Notes: generated by a model not told the origin, from the letters alone. A stretch of 64,000 nt of DNA from an uncultured Chthonomonadaceae bacterium (GCA_963817895.1 CAWFQB010000003.1:608001-672000); one strand, 5' to 3'. Numbered from the stretch's first letter, positions 31,183 to 42,709 are shown. Numbers and translations: made by a program.

Positions 31183-32298
31183 TCAGGCTTTTACCGCCTG
31201 CTTCTTTTTGCGTTTGACGGCGACCAGTCCCCCCGCCGTCATGCCCGCCAGCATCAGCAGAGTGCCTGTTTCCGGCACAGCGGCTATGGCAAACTCTTCC
31301 ACGCGGTTGTTATTCAAGTCGGTTACAAAAACGTTTCCAGAGGTATCAACAGCAACGCCGTCCGCGCCCATGAACTGCCCATCGTCTGAGCCTGTAGTTC
31401 CAAACTGCGTAAGATAGCCGCCTGCGCTATCAAGTTGGATGACGCGGTTATGGCTAAAATCAGCGACAAACAGATTTCCCGTTCTTTGATCAACCGCAAT
31501 GCCGTTAGGATTAAAAGTGCCGGTTGAATCGGTAAAGGTTATGTTACGCTTGAACTGGTAATTGCCCCTTGCATCCGGGTCGAATTCCTCGATGCGATCC
31601 AGACCGCCGGAAACAAAGCCATTGTTCGGGTCGGTGACATAGATGTTGCCCGTTGTGTTGTTTACGGCGATGCGGAAAGGGAATTGAAACTGACCGTCGC
31701 CGGTGCCGTTCGAGCCTATTATGCTTTTAAAGGCAATGGTATTCCCGCCGACTCCACTGCTCGTGAAAAGCTGGACGCGGTTGTTGTTGTTATCCACAAC
31801 GAAAATGTTGCTGCCGTTGACAGTCACATCGGTCGGGGCGCTGAATTGTCCGTTGGCGTTGCCCATCGTGCCGAACTGGGTCACGTAGGTGCCGCTGTTG
31901 TCGAATTTCTGTACGCGGCTATTTGCGTCATCGGCGACAAAAATGTTGCTGCCATCCGTACCCAACCCAAGCGACGACATAGCAATCTGGCCGTTGCCAC
32001 TACCACTGCTCCCGAAAGTGGAGATGAAATTGCCGGTGTTGTCGAATTTCTGCACGCGGCTGTTACCGGAGTCCAGCACAAAAACATTTCCGCTGGAATC
32101 AATGGCGACGTTTTCCGGCTGTTTGAATGAACCGGCTCCGCCTCCGAAAGCGCGAACAAAACTGTACTGGGCATGGGCAGGCATGGCAGCCAGACCCGCC
32201 AACACAGCCAGCGCAAGCGTCTGCTTGAAAGCGCGATATTTAGAAGTAGAGGCGACCCTGTGCAAAGGAGTATCCTTTCTTTTGCAGCAATATATCAC
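31183..32298 (-). CDS. NHL-repeat PEP-CTERM-type protein
   Basis: Repeated VFV.D..NSRVQKFD units; C-terminal VPETG + TM helix + KRKKK. Confidence 0.88.
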   Translation of the reverse strand: MIYCCKRKDTPLHRVASTSKYRAFKQTLALAVLAGLAAMPAHAQYSFVRAFGGGAGSFKQPENVAIDSSGNVFVLDSGNSRVQKFDNTGNFISTFGSSGSGNGQIAMSSLGLGTDGSNIFVADDANSRVQKFDNSGTYVTQFGTMGNANGQFSAPTDVTVNGSNIFVVDNNNNRVQLFTSSGVGGNTIAFKSIIGSNGTGDGQFQFPFRIAVNNTTGNIYVTDPNNGFVSGGLDRIEEFDPDARGNYQFKRNITFTDSTGTFNPNGIAVDQRTGNLFVADFSHNRVIQLDSAGGYLTQFGTTGSDDGQFMGADGVAVDTSGNVFVTDLNNNRVEEFAIAAVPETGTLLMLAGMTAGGLVAVKRKKKQAVKA

Positions 32299-32530
32299 CG
32301 AAGGCTGTGTTTGTACACTGAAAATTAACGCCGCGCAACGCGAACATAACTCAATCCAGAGCGTATACTCATACTATAGCAGTATAGCACGTACCTATGT
32401 CCATTTGCTATCATCGGTATGAGAAAAAATACCTGTTCTTTTTATTGGCTCTTGACCCTGAATTGCGCGTCAAAAGGGAGCGAACAGGTGTTTATGAAAT
32501 ATTTTCATAAAAAAGTCAAAAAAGTTTGAT

Positions 32531-32566
32531 TTGGCAGTTGACAACTGGCAAAGTTGCTGATACACT
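32531..32566 (+). promoter_or_regulatory. sigma70 promoter with a palindrome over the -35 box
   Basis: TTGACA-N17-TACACT; TTGGCAGTTG-A-CAACTGGCAA near-palindrome. Confidence 0.55.
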
Positions 32567-32906
32567 ATAAACATAGTTGCCAAGAGGCACATTCCTTTCA
32601 AAAACTATCAAAAAGATAGTGGAACAAAGCCACTATCTATCCCGTCTCTCTTCTGTGGTTGTCCCCTGTATGTGGGCGCTCCCGAAAGCGCCAATGTTTG
32701 GTTTCTCCCCTGACGGATGCATCAAGGCTGCGGGCGGTTTACATTTCATCTGTTGATGAGCATTGTAAACGTTGCCTGTTCGCGCAGTGTCTGCAATTTA
32801 GTTGCTATGACATTATGCCGAACTGTGTGGATGCTTACATTTTGTTTTGCCGGTTTGCTCGACTGCGCAAAACAATGTCCGTTTAGACTTTAGGAGAAAC
32901 TCAATC

Positions 32907-33413
32907 ATGCTTCGCAACATTTCCCTGGTCGTTCTGTTTGTGTTTGTTTCCTTCCTGACGATGGGCGCGCAGTCCCGCAGTTCGGCTCAGATTGCCTTTA
33001 GTAGTGGTTGGGCTGGCGTCGGCAAAACTCCTGTGATGAACTTCAACATACAGGGCGCTCCCGACAAGATCAACGGCGGCTCCACCGGATACTTCAACGT
33101 TTTCTATCCCAGCCTCTTTTCCGCGACCGGCTCAGTCACGGCGATTTACAACTCGAAAGATGCGGCAAACAACTGGTACTCAGTCGTTATCGCTGCGGGA
33201 GTTTACTATCCCTTTGTGAACGGTGTGCAAAGCGCCAAGGGAACGTCTGCCACTTATATCGTATCCATGCGTAAGATGGCTGATGGAACGACGTGGGAAG
33301 GCTTCTCCGCATACAATTACAACACCGGCGTTGCGCTGTTCACCACCGGTGTTACCCGCGACGGAACTCCTGTGGTAATGCCAATTAAGGGCAGCATGAC
33401 CATCAGCATGTAG
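32907..33413 (+). CDS. Hypothetical secreted beta-rich protein
   Basis: AGGAG RBS, signal peptide, similarity to 35030-35575. Confidence 0.75.
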   Translation: MLRNISLVVLFVFVSFLTMGAQSRSSAQIAFSSGWAGVGKTPVMNFNIQGAPDKINGGSTGYFNVFYPSLFSATGSVTAIYNSKDAANNWYSVVIAAGVYYPFVNGVQSAKGTSATYIVSMRKMADGTTWEGFSAYNYNTGVALFTTGVTRDGTPVVMPIKGSMTISM

Positions 33414-33756
33414 GATTGCAGCATGCGAAAACGCTGAACTTGTTGTGAAATCTAAACCGGTATTCCAAAATGACACCCGTTATTCTGGAATACCGGCTTC
33501 CGTTTGTAACGGGTAGTTCTGAACACGGGAAACGCCATCAGGTTTGATGAACAGTCGCCAGACTGGAAAATTCAAAATTATTCCCAAATACAGAGCAATT
33601 ACCAGTATACGAATGCGAAGATATGGGGTATTCTGTCTGAGTTAGGAAGAGCCAACACAGGCTATTGAGTATATTCGACCGCTTTTGGAACAAACTGCCC
33701 CGCAATATTGTCAGAAAATGAAAAGTTTTCAAAAATAGTTGCGTTTTTGAGCAGTT

Positions 33757-33772
33757 TGGCATGAAACTTGCA
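33757..33772 (+). promoter_or_regulatory. sigma54 -24/-12 promoter
   Basis: TGGCATG-AAAC-TTGCA, ~195 nt upstream of a PEP-CTERM gene. Confidence 0.75.
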
Positions 33773-33965
33773 ATATACACTTATAAGGCTGCGGACGGTT
33801 GATCAGGATCGTAGTATATATCCCATCTTGCCCTTATCCTCCTACGGTCTGTGCAGTTATCTGCTGTCTTGCAGGGATGCGTTTCGCGTAATGGATTGAA
33901 TGAATTTAATGTGGGGATGAATCAGGCAGTATCTCCCATTCTGAGGAACAAGGAACTAAACTCTT

Positions 33966-34796
33966 ATGAAGAATTTTCTTCTATCTTGTCTGATAGGCGG
34001 CACTCTTGTCGGTTCTGCCCAGATCAGCCAGGCCGTCGTAGTTACAACCACATTCGCGCAGTTCAACGAGTCTGTGTCCAACAAGCCGTTCACGTATGTT
34101 GGTAATGATCCGATGAGCGCCACAAATAGCACCAGCACATTGAGCGCCACAACAGGAGTTACCTTCAAGTACCTTGACTTCCTGCTTGGCACAAAAGGCG
34201 GTTATAACCCTACACTGGGCGTAAACTATACCGGAACTCTGACGTTTTTCGGGTCAAACAGTTTCGGCGGGGCGAACAACGACACTCCTTTCGATGTCAC
34301 CAGCTTTAGCTTCGTTGCCGATAACTCGCTCGTCAATGCCACAGCGGGAATCCATTCGGGAACCATTCTTTTGAGCGGGCGTTCGGGCGATCCTGGTTTC
34401 GATCCAACGACGGGCAACAACGGCGGGGCGGCAGGCGATTTAACCGGACGCCAGGGACAATCTTCGGCAAGCTTCAACGCCAGTAACATAACAGGCGAGA
34501 CTTCAGACTTGCCGCAGTTCGTCAGTTTTTCCTCGGATGTCATCAATACGACGGGGATATTTACGGAGAACTACTCGCTGTCCTTCTCCGCCGTTACGCC
34601 GGGCCTCAATTACGGCCCTGCGAGCGGAAATCCGAATAAATTCAACGACCCGTTCTTGCGTAACTTCACCGCAGACGGAACAGGCACCTTCGGCGCGGAG
34701 TACAACAATGTGCCGGAACCGGGCATGTACGCGTTGCTTGGTTCTCTGCTCGCGGGAAGCGCGTTTGGCCTGCGCCGCCGCCGCAATCGCAAGTAA
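33966..34796 (+). CDS. PEP-CTERM protein
   Basis: Signal peptide, G/S/T/N-rich body, VPEPG + TM helix + RRRRNRK. Confidence 0.92.
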   Translation: MKNFLLSCLIGGTLVGSAQISQAVVVTTTFAQFNESVSNKPFTYVGNDPMSATNSTSTLSATTGVTFKYLDFLLGTKGGYNPTLGVNYTGTLTFFGSNSFGGANNDTPFDVTSFSFVADNSLVNATAGIHSGTILLSGRSGDPGFDPTTGNNGGAAGDLTGRQGQSSASFNASNITGETSDLPQFVSFSSDVINTTGIFTENYSLSFSAVTPGLNYGPASGNPNKFNDPFLRNFTADGTGTFGAEYNNVPEPGMYALLGSLLAGSAFGLRRRRNRK

Positions 34797-34828
34797 CCGC
34801 GTAACGAACAATTCGCTTTCGCATCATC

Positions 34829-34867
34829 AACCGTCCTGCATATACAATTGCGGGACGGTTTTTTTTA
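34829..34867 (+). terminator. Intrinsic terminator
   Basis: AACCGTCCTGCA / TGCGGGACGGTT followed by a T-run. Confidence 0.8.
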
Positions 34868-35029
34868 CGGCTGACATGTTTACCATTCTTGTATTTGCGG
34901 CTCAAAACCCACTATTTTCAGCAGGTTGGGCATTCCCCGGAACAGGGCATAAGGTGATTGTAGGCGCGTAATCAACACAATCCGACGCGCTTAACCAATA
35001 ACACTGAACAGAATGGGGATATACATATA

Positions 35030-35575
35030 ATGGTACGGAACTTTATCAAACCGGGCGTTTTCAACATGGTTGCTGCGACTGTTTGTCTTTCGGCTCTGAC
35101 AGTGTTAGCTAAACCGGCTCAGGCGCAGATTTCGGCTCTGCCGTCCGCGTCAAGCCAATTTGTCAACACGTACCTTCTGGATGTTTCCTGGGCCGGCGTG
35201 GGCAGAGTGATGGCGATGACTGTGAACCTGCGAGGCCAGAATGTGGCGGGCAGCGTGGATGGCTACTTCATGTGTTCGGGCGCTGCCGGATGGACGGCGC
35301 AGGGCTGTTTTCTCAGCCAGACAGGTTATGTGGATCCGGCAGGGGAGCATATCGAAATCAAAGCCGCTGTCAAATTCAATAGCGCGGATGCGGTTCCAAC
35401 CGTGACGCCCGCAACGGCTACGTTCCGCGCCATGAAAACACCCGCCGGCGTGGCAAGTGAAGGCGTCGAAATCGTGGATAAATCAGGAAATGTGCTGTAT
35501 TCTACGGGACGCGATGCCGCCAACAACCTGATCCTGCTGCCCATGATTAAAGGGTCGCTCTATATCAGCCACTAA
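35030..35575 (+). CDS. Hypothetical secreted beta-rich protein
   Basis: Signal peptide ending AQA; paralog-like to 32907-33413. Confidence 0.75.
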   Translation: MVRNFIKPGVFNMVAATVCLSALTVLAKPAQAQISALPSASSQFVNTYLLDVSWAGVGRVMAMTVNLRGQNVAGSVDGYFMCSGAAGWTAQGCFLSQTGYVDPAGEHIEIKAAVKFNSADAVPTVTPATATFRAMKTPAGVASEGVEIVDKSGNVLYSTGRDAANNLILLPMIKGSLYISH

Positions 35576-36025
35576 AATCAGGCGCGTGAGTGAACGAATA
35601 AACATAGCAGAGAGAACACAGGGCCGTTATACGATAAATTGCGTAACTGAACACTCAGGGTGGACAAAGGGTTACACGATTTTATCACGCAGCGCCCGAC
35701 AGCAATAGCGCGAACAGGAAATTCACTCCTGTTCGCGCTGTTTGTATGTCTATCCAACATCGCGAAGAACATAGTAAAGGCGCCAGTCGTCGTACAAAGC
35801 GTGAGAAATAGTTAAGCGAGAAATCAGGCGCGAAGTTTGCGCAAGACGAATAAAAGAATTGCTATTGACGCGAAACGCGCCAGTTTGCTATACTCTGTTG
35901 GTACTCCTGTGGCGCGACAATCATTTTGTTTGAAAACTCTTTCGCCCCGGAACCGAATTAGTATTTACTTTGCCGTTCCTTTTGCTGATACTCTCTTTTG
36001 ATGTTACAATGTTAGTGGCGTCGGC

Positions 36026-36967
36026 ATGGCGATAACAATCAGCGCGCAGCGCATCAGGGAGTCAGGAATGGTCACACACACAATCGGATTGCCTTTCGGC
36101 GGCAAAAGCGCCAGGCGATACCATAGACGGCGGCTGTCGAGCCTGGCGGGATTTCTTATTTTAGCCGTTGCCATCCTGTCCACTCCTGCCGCTTCCGGGC
36201 GCGAAGTGACCACTAATCGTCCGGTTGACGCCAATGTGCTGGTGCGCAAGATGATTGCGATGTACCAGGGTACGCAAACGCTGGAAGAGGCAACGGAAGC
36301 GCGGGTCAAGGAATACGGCAAATCAGACTATGTGCAATCTACCACCCTGCGCTTCAAACGCCCGAACCTGATCTATCTCTCTTCGGAAGACCCGGCCATC
36401 GGCACCTATCAGGGATTCTGCAACGGCAAGACGATCACCGTTTATTCCGGCACACAGAATACGTACACCAAACGAAACTCGCCGACGGATTTGCGCCAGA
36501 CATTGGGGAAGTTCTCCGCCGCAGGCGAGTACCTGATGGGCGTGTCCATCGTGCAGATGCTGAGTTCCATTGACTTTATCGCCGCAAAGACAATGCCGGA
36601 CGAGTGTAAAAATTTTCAATTCATTCGTAACGAAATACTTGACGGCAACAGAGTCACAGTCGTAACCGGTCAGGCCAATTCCGGCTGGCTGGCTACGATG
36701 GGAGCGCCGAAAGAGACGGTTTATGCCCGCCGCGAGGTGACGCTCTGGATTGACACCAGCCGCTTTCTGCTGCGAAAAGCCTCTTGCGATCTCCAATGGC
36801 GCGTGAATGTCGGCCCGACCGAAAAAAAATCTGCCCAGATCGTGCTGGAAGGTATCAAGTTCGTCGAAACGCACCGCTCGACCCGCGTGAACACCCCGCT
36901 GCGCGATGAAGACTTCTTCTTTATCGCGCCCAAAGGCGCTGTGGAACGTTTCCAGGAGCGGAAGTAG
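36026..36967 (+). CDS. DUF2092/LolA-like periplasmic protein (start uncertain)
   Basis: Signal/TM segment, FKRPNL, CNGKTITVY, TLWID, F.F.APKGA. Confidence 0.65.
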   Translation: MAITISAQRIRESGMVTHTIGLPFGGKSARRYHRRRLSSLAGFLILAVAILSTPAASGREVTTNRPVDANVLVRKMIAMYQGTQTLEEATEARVKEYGKSDYVQSTTLRFKRPNLIYLSSEDPAIGTYQGFCNGKTITVYSGTQNTYTKRNSPTDLRQTLGKFSAAGEYLMGVSIVQMLSSIDFIAAKTMPDECKNFQFIRNEILDGNRVTVVTGQANSGWLATMGAPKETVYARREVTLWIDTSRFLLRKASCDLQWRVNVGPTEKKSAQIVLEGIKFVETHRSTRVNTPLRDEDFFFIAPKGAVERFQERK

Positions 36968-36979
36968 GAGGAAGGGATA

Positions 36980-37083
36980 AGAGCCTATCCCAATAGGCGA
37001 TTGTATTTGCGTCCGAAGGACGCCTGGCCGTAGGCCACTCAGACGGGTACGTTCTCTGTACCCGGCCTATTGGGTAGGCTCTA
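36980..37083. repeat. REP/MITE-like element (copy 5; inverted relative to copy 2)
   Basis: Near reverse complement of 10412-10515. Confidence 0.85.
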
Positions 37084-37148
37084 AGAGGGAAGGGATAAGT
37101 AGAAAGCGAGCGGTTTGCGTAATAAATTGAGAATTCGTCTGGAAGCGG

Positions 37149-37177
37149 TTGACAAAGCCGCTTTACCGTGCTATTAT
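37149..37177 (+). promoter_or_regulatory. sigma70 promoter of the ilv-leu leader
   Basis: TTGACA-N17-(TGc)TATTAT. Confidence 0.75.
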
Positions 37178-37199
37178 ATTGGACACAAGATTTTTTGTA

Positions 37200-37501
37200 A
37201 TGTGATGACGAGGCCAGTAGGCGCGCGACTTGCTTTCAGAGAGCCGCCGGTTGGTGCGAGGCGGTCAGAAGCGAGACGCTGAAACTCCCCTCCGAGCAGG
37301 CTGCTGAACGGGCGAAGACAAACGTGATACAACGTCTGCCGCCCCAGTAGGTTTCCCGGTTCGCGCCCGATATCGCGCCTCAAGTGGTCGGCGGGACGTC
37401 TTCGGCGTCCGTCGTTCGCGTTTCGTCAACGCGTGCCGATTACAAGGGTGGTACCACGTGAGCAACAGCCTCTCGTCCCTTGCGGATGAGGGGTTTTTTT
37501 G
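37200..37501 (+). ncRNA. T-box riboswitch, probable Leu (CUC) specifier, with terminator
   Basis: AGTA, AGAGA and GGTGCGA stem I motifs; GAAACTC specifier loop (CTC 37285-37287); T-box AAGGGTGGTACCACG 37444-37458; hairpin plus T-run. Confidence 0.9.
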
Positions 37502-37534
37502 TCGCTAGATTTATTGTCAGGAGGCATTCCAACG

Positions 37535-39385
37535 ATGAAACTGTCAGGAGCGCAAATTCTGCTGGAATGTCTGCGGCAGGAAGGGGTCACGCATATCTTC
37601 GGCTATCCCGGCGGGGCCGTGCTGCCCATCTACGACGCGATTTTCGACTGCAACGATATCAAGCATATTCTCGTCCGGCACGAGCAGGGCGCGGCGCACA
37701 TGGCCGACGGCTTTGCGCGCTCGACCGGCAAAGTCGGCGTCTGCCTCGCCACCAGCGGGCCGGGCGCGACCAACCTCGTCACCGGCATCGCGACCGCCTA
37801 CATGGACTCCATTCCGATGGTCGCCATCACCGGGCAGGTGCGCACCTCCGCCATCGGCAAAGACGCTTTTCAGGAGGCCGACATCACCGGCATCACCATG
37901 CCCATCACCAAGCACAACTATCTGGTCAAGACGCGTCGAAGACCTGGCGCGGCGCGCTGGCCGAAGCGTTTTACATCGCCCGCACCGGACGGCCCGGCCC
38001 GGTCCTGGTGGACATTCCGCTCGACGTGAGCAAGAACATGATCGAGTTCGACGCGGCAACGGACTATCCGCAAGCAGGTCAACATCCCCTCCTACAAGCC
38101 CGCCGGCCCGAACGGGCGCATCCCGGAACTGCAAATCCGCAAGGCCGCGCAGCTGATTGCCGAATCCGAGCGTCCTGTGCTGTATGTCGGCGGCGGCGCG
38201 ATCGCCTCCGACGCGCAGGCCGAAGTGACCGCGCTGGCCGAAAAACTCAATATCCTGACGACCACAACCCTGCTCGGCAAAGGCGCGATTGACGAGACGC
38301 ACCCGCTTGCGATGGGGATGCTGGGCATGCACGGCACCGCCTACGCCAACCACGCCGTCAACAACAGCCGACCTGCTGATTGCGGTCGGCGCGCGCTTCG
38401 ATGACCGCGTGACCGGCAATGTGGACAAGTTCGCCACCGGCGCGAAAATCATTCACATTGACATTGATCCGGCGGAAATCGGCAAAGTGGTGCAGCCGGA
38501 CGTGCCGATTGTCGGCGATGTGAAAACGATCCTGACCGAACTGCTCAAGCACGTTGCAGCCGCGCGAAGCCGACCGACTGGAACGATACCATTCTGGAAT
38601 GGAAACGACGCTTCCCGCTCGTCTATCCCGAACGACGGCAAACTGTACGCCGAATACGCCATCGAACAGATCAGCGAGGTGTTCGACAACGACTGCGATC
38701 ATGGCGACCGATGTGGGACAGCATCAGATGTGGGCCGCGCAGTATTTCAAGTGCAACCGCCCGCGCCAGTGGGTCACTTCCGGCGGACTGGGCACGATGG
38801 GCTTCGGCCTGCCCGCCGCCATCGGCGCGCAGTTCGCCAATCCCGACAAGCGCGTGGTCTGCCTGTCCGGCGACGGCTCGTTCCAGATGATGACGCAGGA
38901 GTTGATGACCGCGACCGTCTACGGCATCGGCCGTCATCACGGTCATCATCAACAACAAGTCGCTGGGCATGGTGCGGCAGTGGCAGGAGATGTTCTACTC
39001 GGAGCGGTACAGCCAGGTAGACCTGCAAGCCTCGCCCGATTTCGTGAAACTGGTGGAGGCGTATGGCGGCGTCGGCATGCGCGCCACGACAAAGGAGGAA
39101 CTGCGCGACGCTTTGCAGAAAGCAAAGGCCATTACGGACCGCCCCGTCGTGATTGACTGCGTGATTCCGACCGGGGAAAACGTCTATCCGATGATCCCGT
39201 CCGGCCAGTCCATCAAGGAGATGATGCTGCGCAACGATCTGGAGCAGCTCAAGGCCAGCGTCCACGCCGACTGCCGAGACGTGGTCGTTCTCCGACGAAG
39301 AGAAGGTGCTGGCGCAGTACGTCGAAGTGGCAAACGCGGTGGCGGCGGAAGCGACGGAAGGATAGATACCAGGTATAGGGAGTAG
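37535..39385 (+). CDS. ilvB: Acetolactate synthase large subunit, multiple frameshifts; end approximate
   Basis: [56 protein letters not shown]. Confidence 0.93.
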
Positions 39386-39500
39386 GGATTAGGAAGTAGG
39401 AAAAACCTGCAATACTGCTTCTTGTCGATCGTTATAATAAGCGAGTCGGACTTGAGCCGATCTCCTACTCCCTACTCCCTACTCCCTAATCCCTAAACCT
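39370..39500. repeat. AGGGAGT / ACTCCCT heptamer inverted array
   Basis: Tandem heptamers and reverse complements; the same unit recurs at 42020-42130 and 61842-61955. Confidence 0.8.
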
Positions 39501-40008
39501 ATGGAACTCGACACCTTCAATTTGAACTGCTCTGGCAGTATTATCAGCAGGGCTATCACTCCCTGGTGCGCAGCGGCCTGTATTTTCGGCAGGTGCTGCG
39601 GCCCGCCCTGTCGCACGTCTATTTTCAGCGCGCGATGCCGCTGCTGGTCGAGTATGCGCGCGCCAATCGGCGAAAAGGGCGATTTGCCGCCCGGTTTCGG
39701 CGACCAGATGGAAGCCTGCCCGCTGACGCCCCGCGATCTGCTGCATCTGGACTATGCGATCTGCCTGGGCTACGCCGAAGCGCGGGGCATAGACCCGGCC
39801 GCTGCTGTCGCTGTCGCCCATGCTGGATTGGCCGGGGCCGGGGGGCAGCAATGGCATTTTCATTGCCGCCGACGCGCCCGCCGGCACAAGCCTGCTGATG
39901 TCGGAAGAGATCGCCGGCAGTCTGGACGATGTGTATCGGGACGACGACCCGTTCGACAGCGACGACGACGACGATGACGACGATCCGAAGCCGCCGTTCG
40001 ATCTTTGA
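39501..40008 (+). CDS. Hypothetical protein with poly-Asp tail (frameshifted)
   Basis: Three overlapping ORF pieces with coding-like composition ending FDSDDDDDDDDPKPPFDL. Confidence 0.55.
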
Positions 40009-40012
40009 GGAA

Positions 40013-40146
40013 GGTTGTCAGGTTGTTAGGTTATTAAGTTGTCAGGTGTTCGGAATGATGCAACAGTCACATATTTGTTGTTGCGTTGTGAGTGTATCAC
40101 CTGACAACCTAACAACCTAACAACTTAACAACCTGACAACCTAACC
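40013..40146. repeat. GGTTGTCA / TGACAACC octamer inverted array
   Basis: Tandem octamers and reverse complements. Confidence 0.8.
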
Positions 40147-40147
40147 C

Positions 40148-42038
40148 ATGCGTATTCTCATCGGACATCAAGATACGGAACTGGCGCATTACGATACGAG
40201 CCGCTACGATGTGCGGTTCGTGCGGTATGGGCGGGATGGCGAAACGCCGCCGCGAACCATTGCCGAAATGCTGGAACAGTGTCCGCCGGGCTGGAAGCCG
40301 GACGTGTATTATCATGCCAGTCTGGTGCATTTTCCGGTTCCCGCCGACATCGAGACGTTCGACGGCCTGACGGCAACCAACATTCAGGACTGGCATCGGG
40401 GCGGGCGGGCGGTGTGGGCAGGCGTGGGGTTCTTCGATCTGGTCGCGACGGAACTCAATGCGGGTCGCCTGCTGGAAGCGAGCGGATATGAAAACGCGCA
40501 TTATGCCCGTTTCTGGGGCGTGAACCCGGACGTACATCGTATTTTGCCCGATATGCAGGAACGGGAACGCGACATTGACGTGCTGTTTATCGGATCGCTG
40601 AACGCGGCTGTGTGGGAAGAGCGCAACCGCTGGCTGGACCGTCTGGCGCGGCTGTCGGACAAATATAAAGTGGTTATCGCCATCGGGCATTATGGCGAAC
40701 ACTATACCCGGCTGACCAATCGGGCCAAAATCGTGTTCAATCGCAGCGTCAACGGCTGTACCAATCAGCGCGCGTATGATGCCCCCGCGTGTGGCGCATT
40801 AGTCTTCAACGAAAGCGAAAACGAGGAAGTCCGGCAGGCGTTTGCGGAAGACGTTCATTGCGTGTACTACACCTCAGACGATTTCGAGGACAAGCTGGCG
40901 TACTGGCTCGACCCCGCGCAGGACGAACGGCGGCAGTCCATTGTGAAGGCCGGCCACGATCTGGTTCTGGCGCGAACATACGGAAGAAGCCCACGCTAAT
41001 GCGCTGTTCGCTCTACTGGAAGAACACGTTACCGACCGTTATCGTCCGCATGTACACTTGCCGCTGCCGGAGCGGAACTGGCGCAAGGCCCTGCAGATGT
41101 TCAGCTGCGCCCTGCCCGCGTCCGCCGACACCGCCCTTTCGCTGCTGGCGGAAGCCGAGGCCGAAGGACTGGATCGGGCGCAGGCACTGGAAGCCCGCGC
41201 CGCGCTGTTGGGATGGGTGGCCCACTATGCCGCCCCGGAGCATAAAATCAGGCTGTTTACAAACGCCATTGACTTTGCGCGGCAGGCGGTTCGCGCTGAA
41301 CCCCGTTCGGCTATCGCGCAAATGACGCTCGGCTTTCTGCTGCTGGAACGCGCGGAAGTGACGCAGGGGCAACATCCGACCGGGCGCAACGACATTTCCG
41401 AAGCCGCGCTTGCCCTGGCGACTGCCGCCGACCGCTGCGAAACGGCTATGCGGCAAGCCCCCCTTCAGCAAATGGAAACGACTGATGCGGCGGAAAATGA
41501 GGGCGCGGCGACAAGTGACAGCGCCGCTGGCAATGACGGCACAGCGGACGTGGACGGGTTCGGTTATCCGCGCTGGAGCGATCTGTTCGACTGCCGCATG
41601 GAGCGGGCGTATCTGGCGCGGGGCGTGAGCAAGGCGCAGTGGGCGCGGGAGATGCGGGCGACTATCGCGTGGCGCTGTCGTTCCCTCCTCAGCGATCTGG
41701 CCGGAGCCAACGCGCAGCAGGAAGAAGCGTTCCGGCAGGCGCAATCGGCGGTTATGGATTTACCGCAGGAGGCGGAAGCGCTTCTCCGGCTTGCCCGTTG
41801 CGAGGCCGTGACCGGGCAACTGGAACTGTCTGCGCACCACTATCAGCGCCGGACTGGCAATCACGCCCTTCGCCTACGCCGCCTGGCCCGAACTGGCCGC
41901 TGTTCTGGTCGCGCTCGGACAACCCGATGCGGCCCAAACTTTCGTGCAGGAACGCCTGCGCGTTCTCAACGCAATTCCCACTTTTGCCGCCATACGCCCC
42001 GCGCTGATGGCAGCGATAGAGTAGTGAGTAGGAAGTAG
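40148..42038 (+). CDS. CgeB-like glycosyltransferase with C-terminal helical/TPR region (frameshifted)
   Basis: RDIDVLFIGS, AKIVFNRS, NQRAYDAPACGALVF; helical C-terminal half. Confidence 0.7.
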
Positions 42039-42138
42039 GGAATGGGGAGTAGGAAAACCTTTCTACACTAAACCTTTTTAGAGTTCAGTGGTGTATTTCC
42101 TACTCCCTATTCCCTACTTCCTACTCCCCGGAGTTCCT

Positions 42139-42682
42139 ATGAACAACGCAATCATGGCGCAATTACAGCAGCAGCATACCGTAACCGTTCTGGTCGAAAA
42201 TCATGCGGGCGTTCTGGCCCGCGTGACAGGACTGTTCGCCCGACGGGGGTACAACATCGAGTCGCTGGCGGTTTCCGTCACGGACAACCCGGAAGTATCG
42301 CGCATGACCATTGTGGTCGGCGGCGATCATCTGGTTTTGGAGCAGATCACCAAGCAGTTGAACAAACTGGTGGAAGTGATGAAGGTCGTGGACTACACGG
42401 AAACCGCAGCCGTAGAACGAGAACTCGCGCTCATCAAGGTCAACGCCGACGCCAAAGACCGCAGCGAGATCATGCAGATCGTGGAAATCTTCCGGGGCCG
42501 CATCATTGACATGAGCGAAAAAACCTTCATCATCGAAGTGACCGGCAGCACGGACAAACTGGACAAAATCACCAGTTTGCTGGAGGGCTACGGCATCCGC
42601 GAAATGGTGCGAACCGGCATCATCGCGATGGCGCGCGGAACCAAAACCGCCAGCCGCGCCGGTACGAGAAGCAGGAGATTAA
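42139..42682 (+). CDS. ilvN: Acetolactate synthase small subunit (true stop probably near 42682)
   Basis: LVENHAGVLARVTGLFARRGYNIESL, EQITKQLNKL, ERELALIKV, EMVRTG. Confidence 0.95.
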
Positions 42683-42709
42683 TCTCCTCTGGAGTTTGCT
42701 ATGGGTGGT

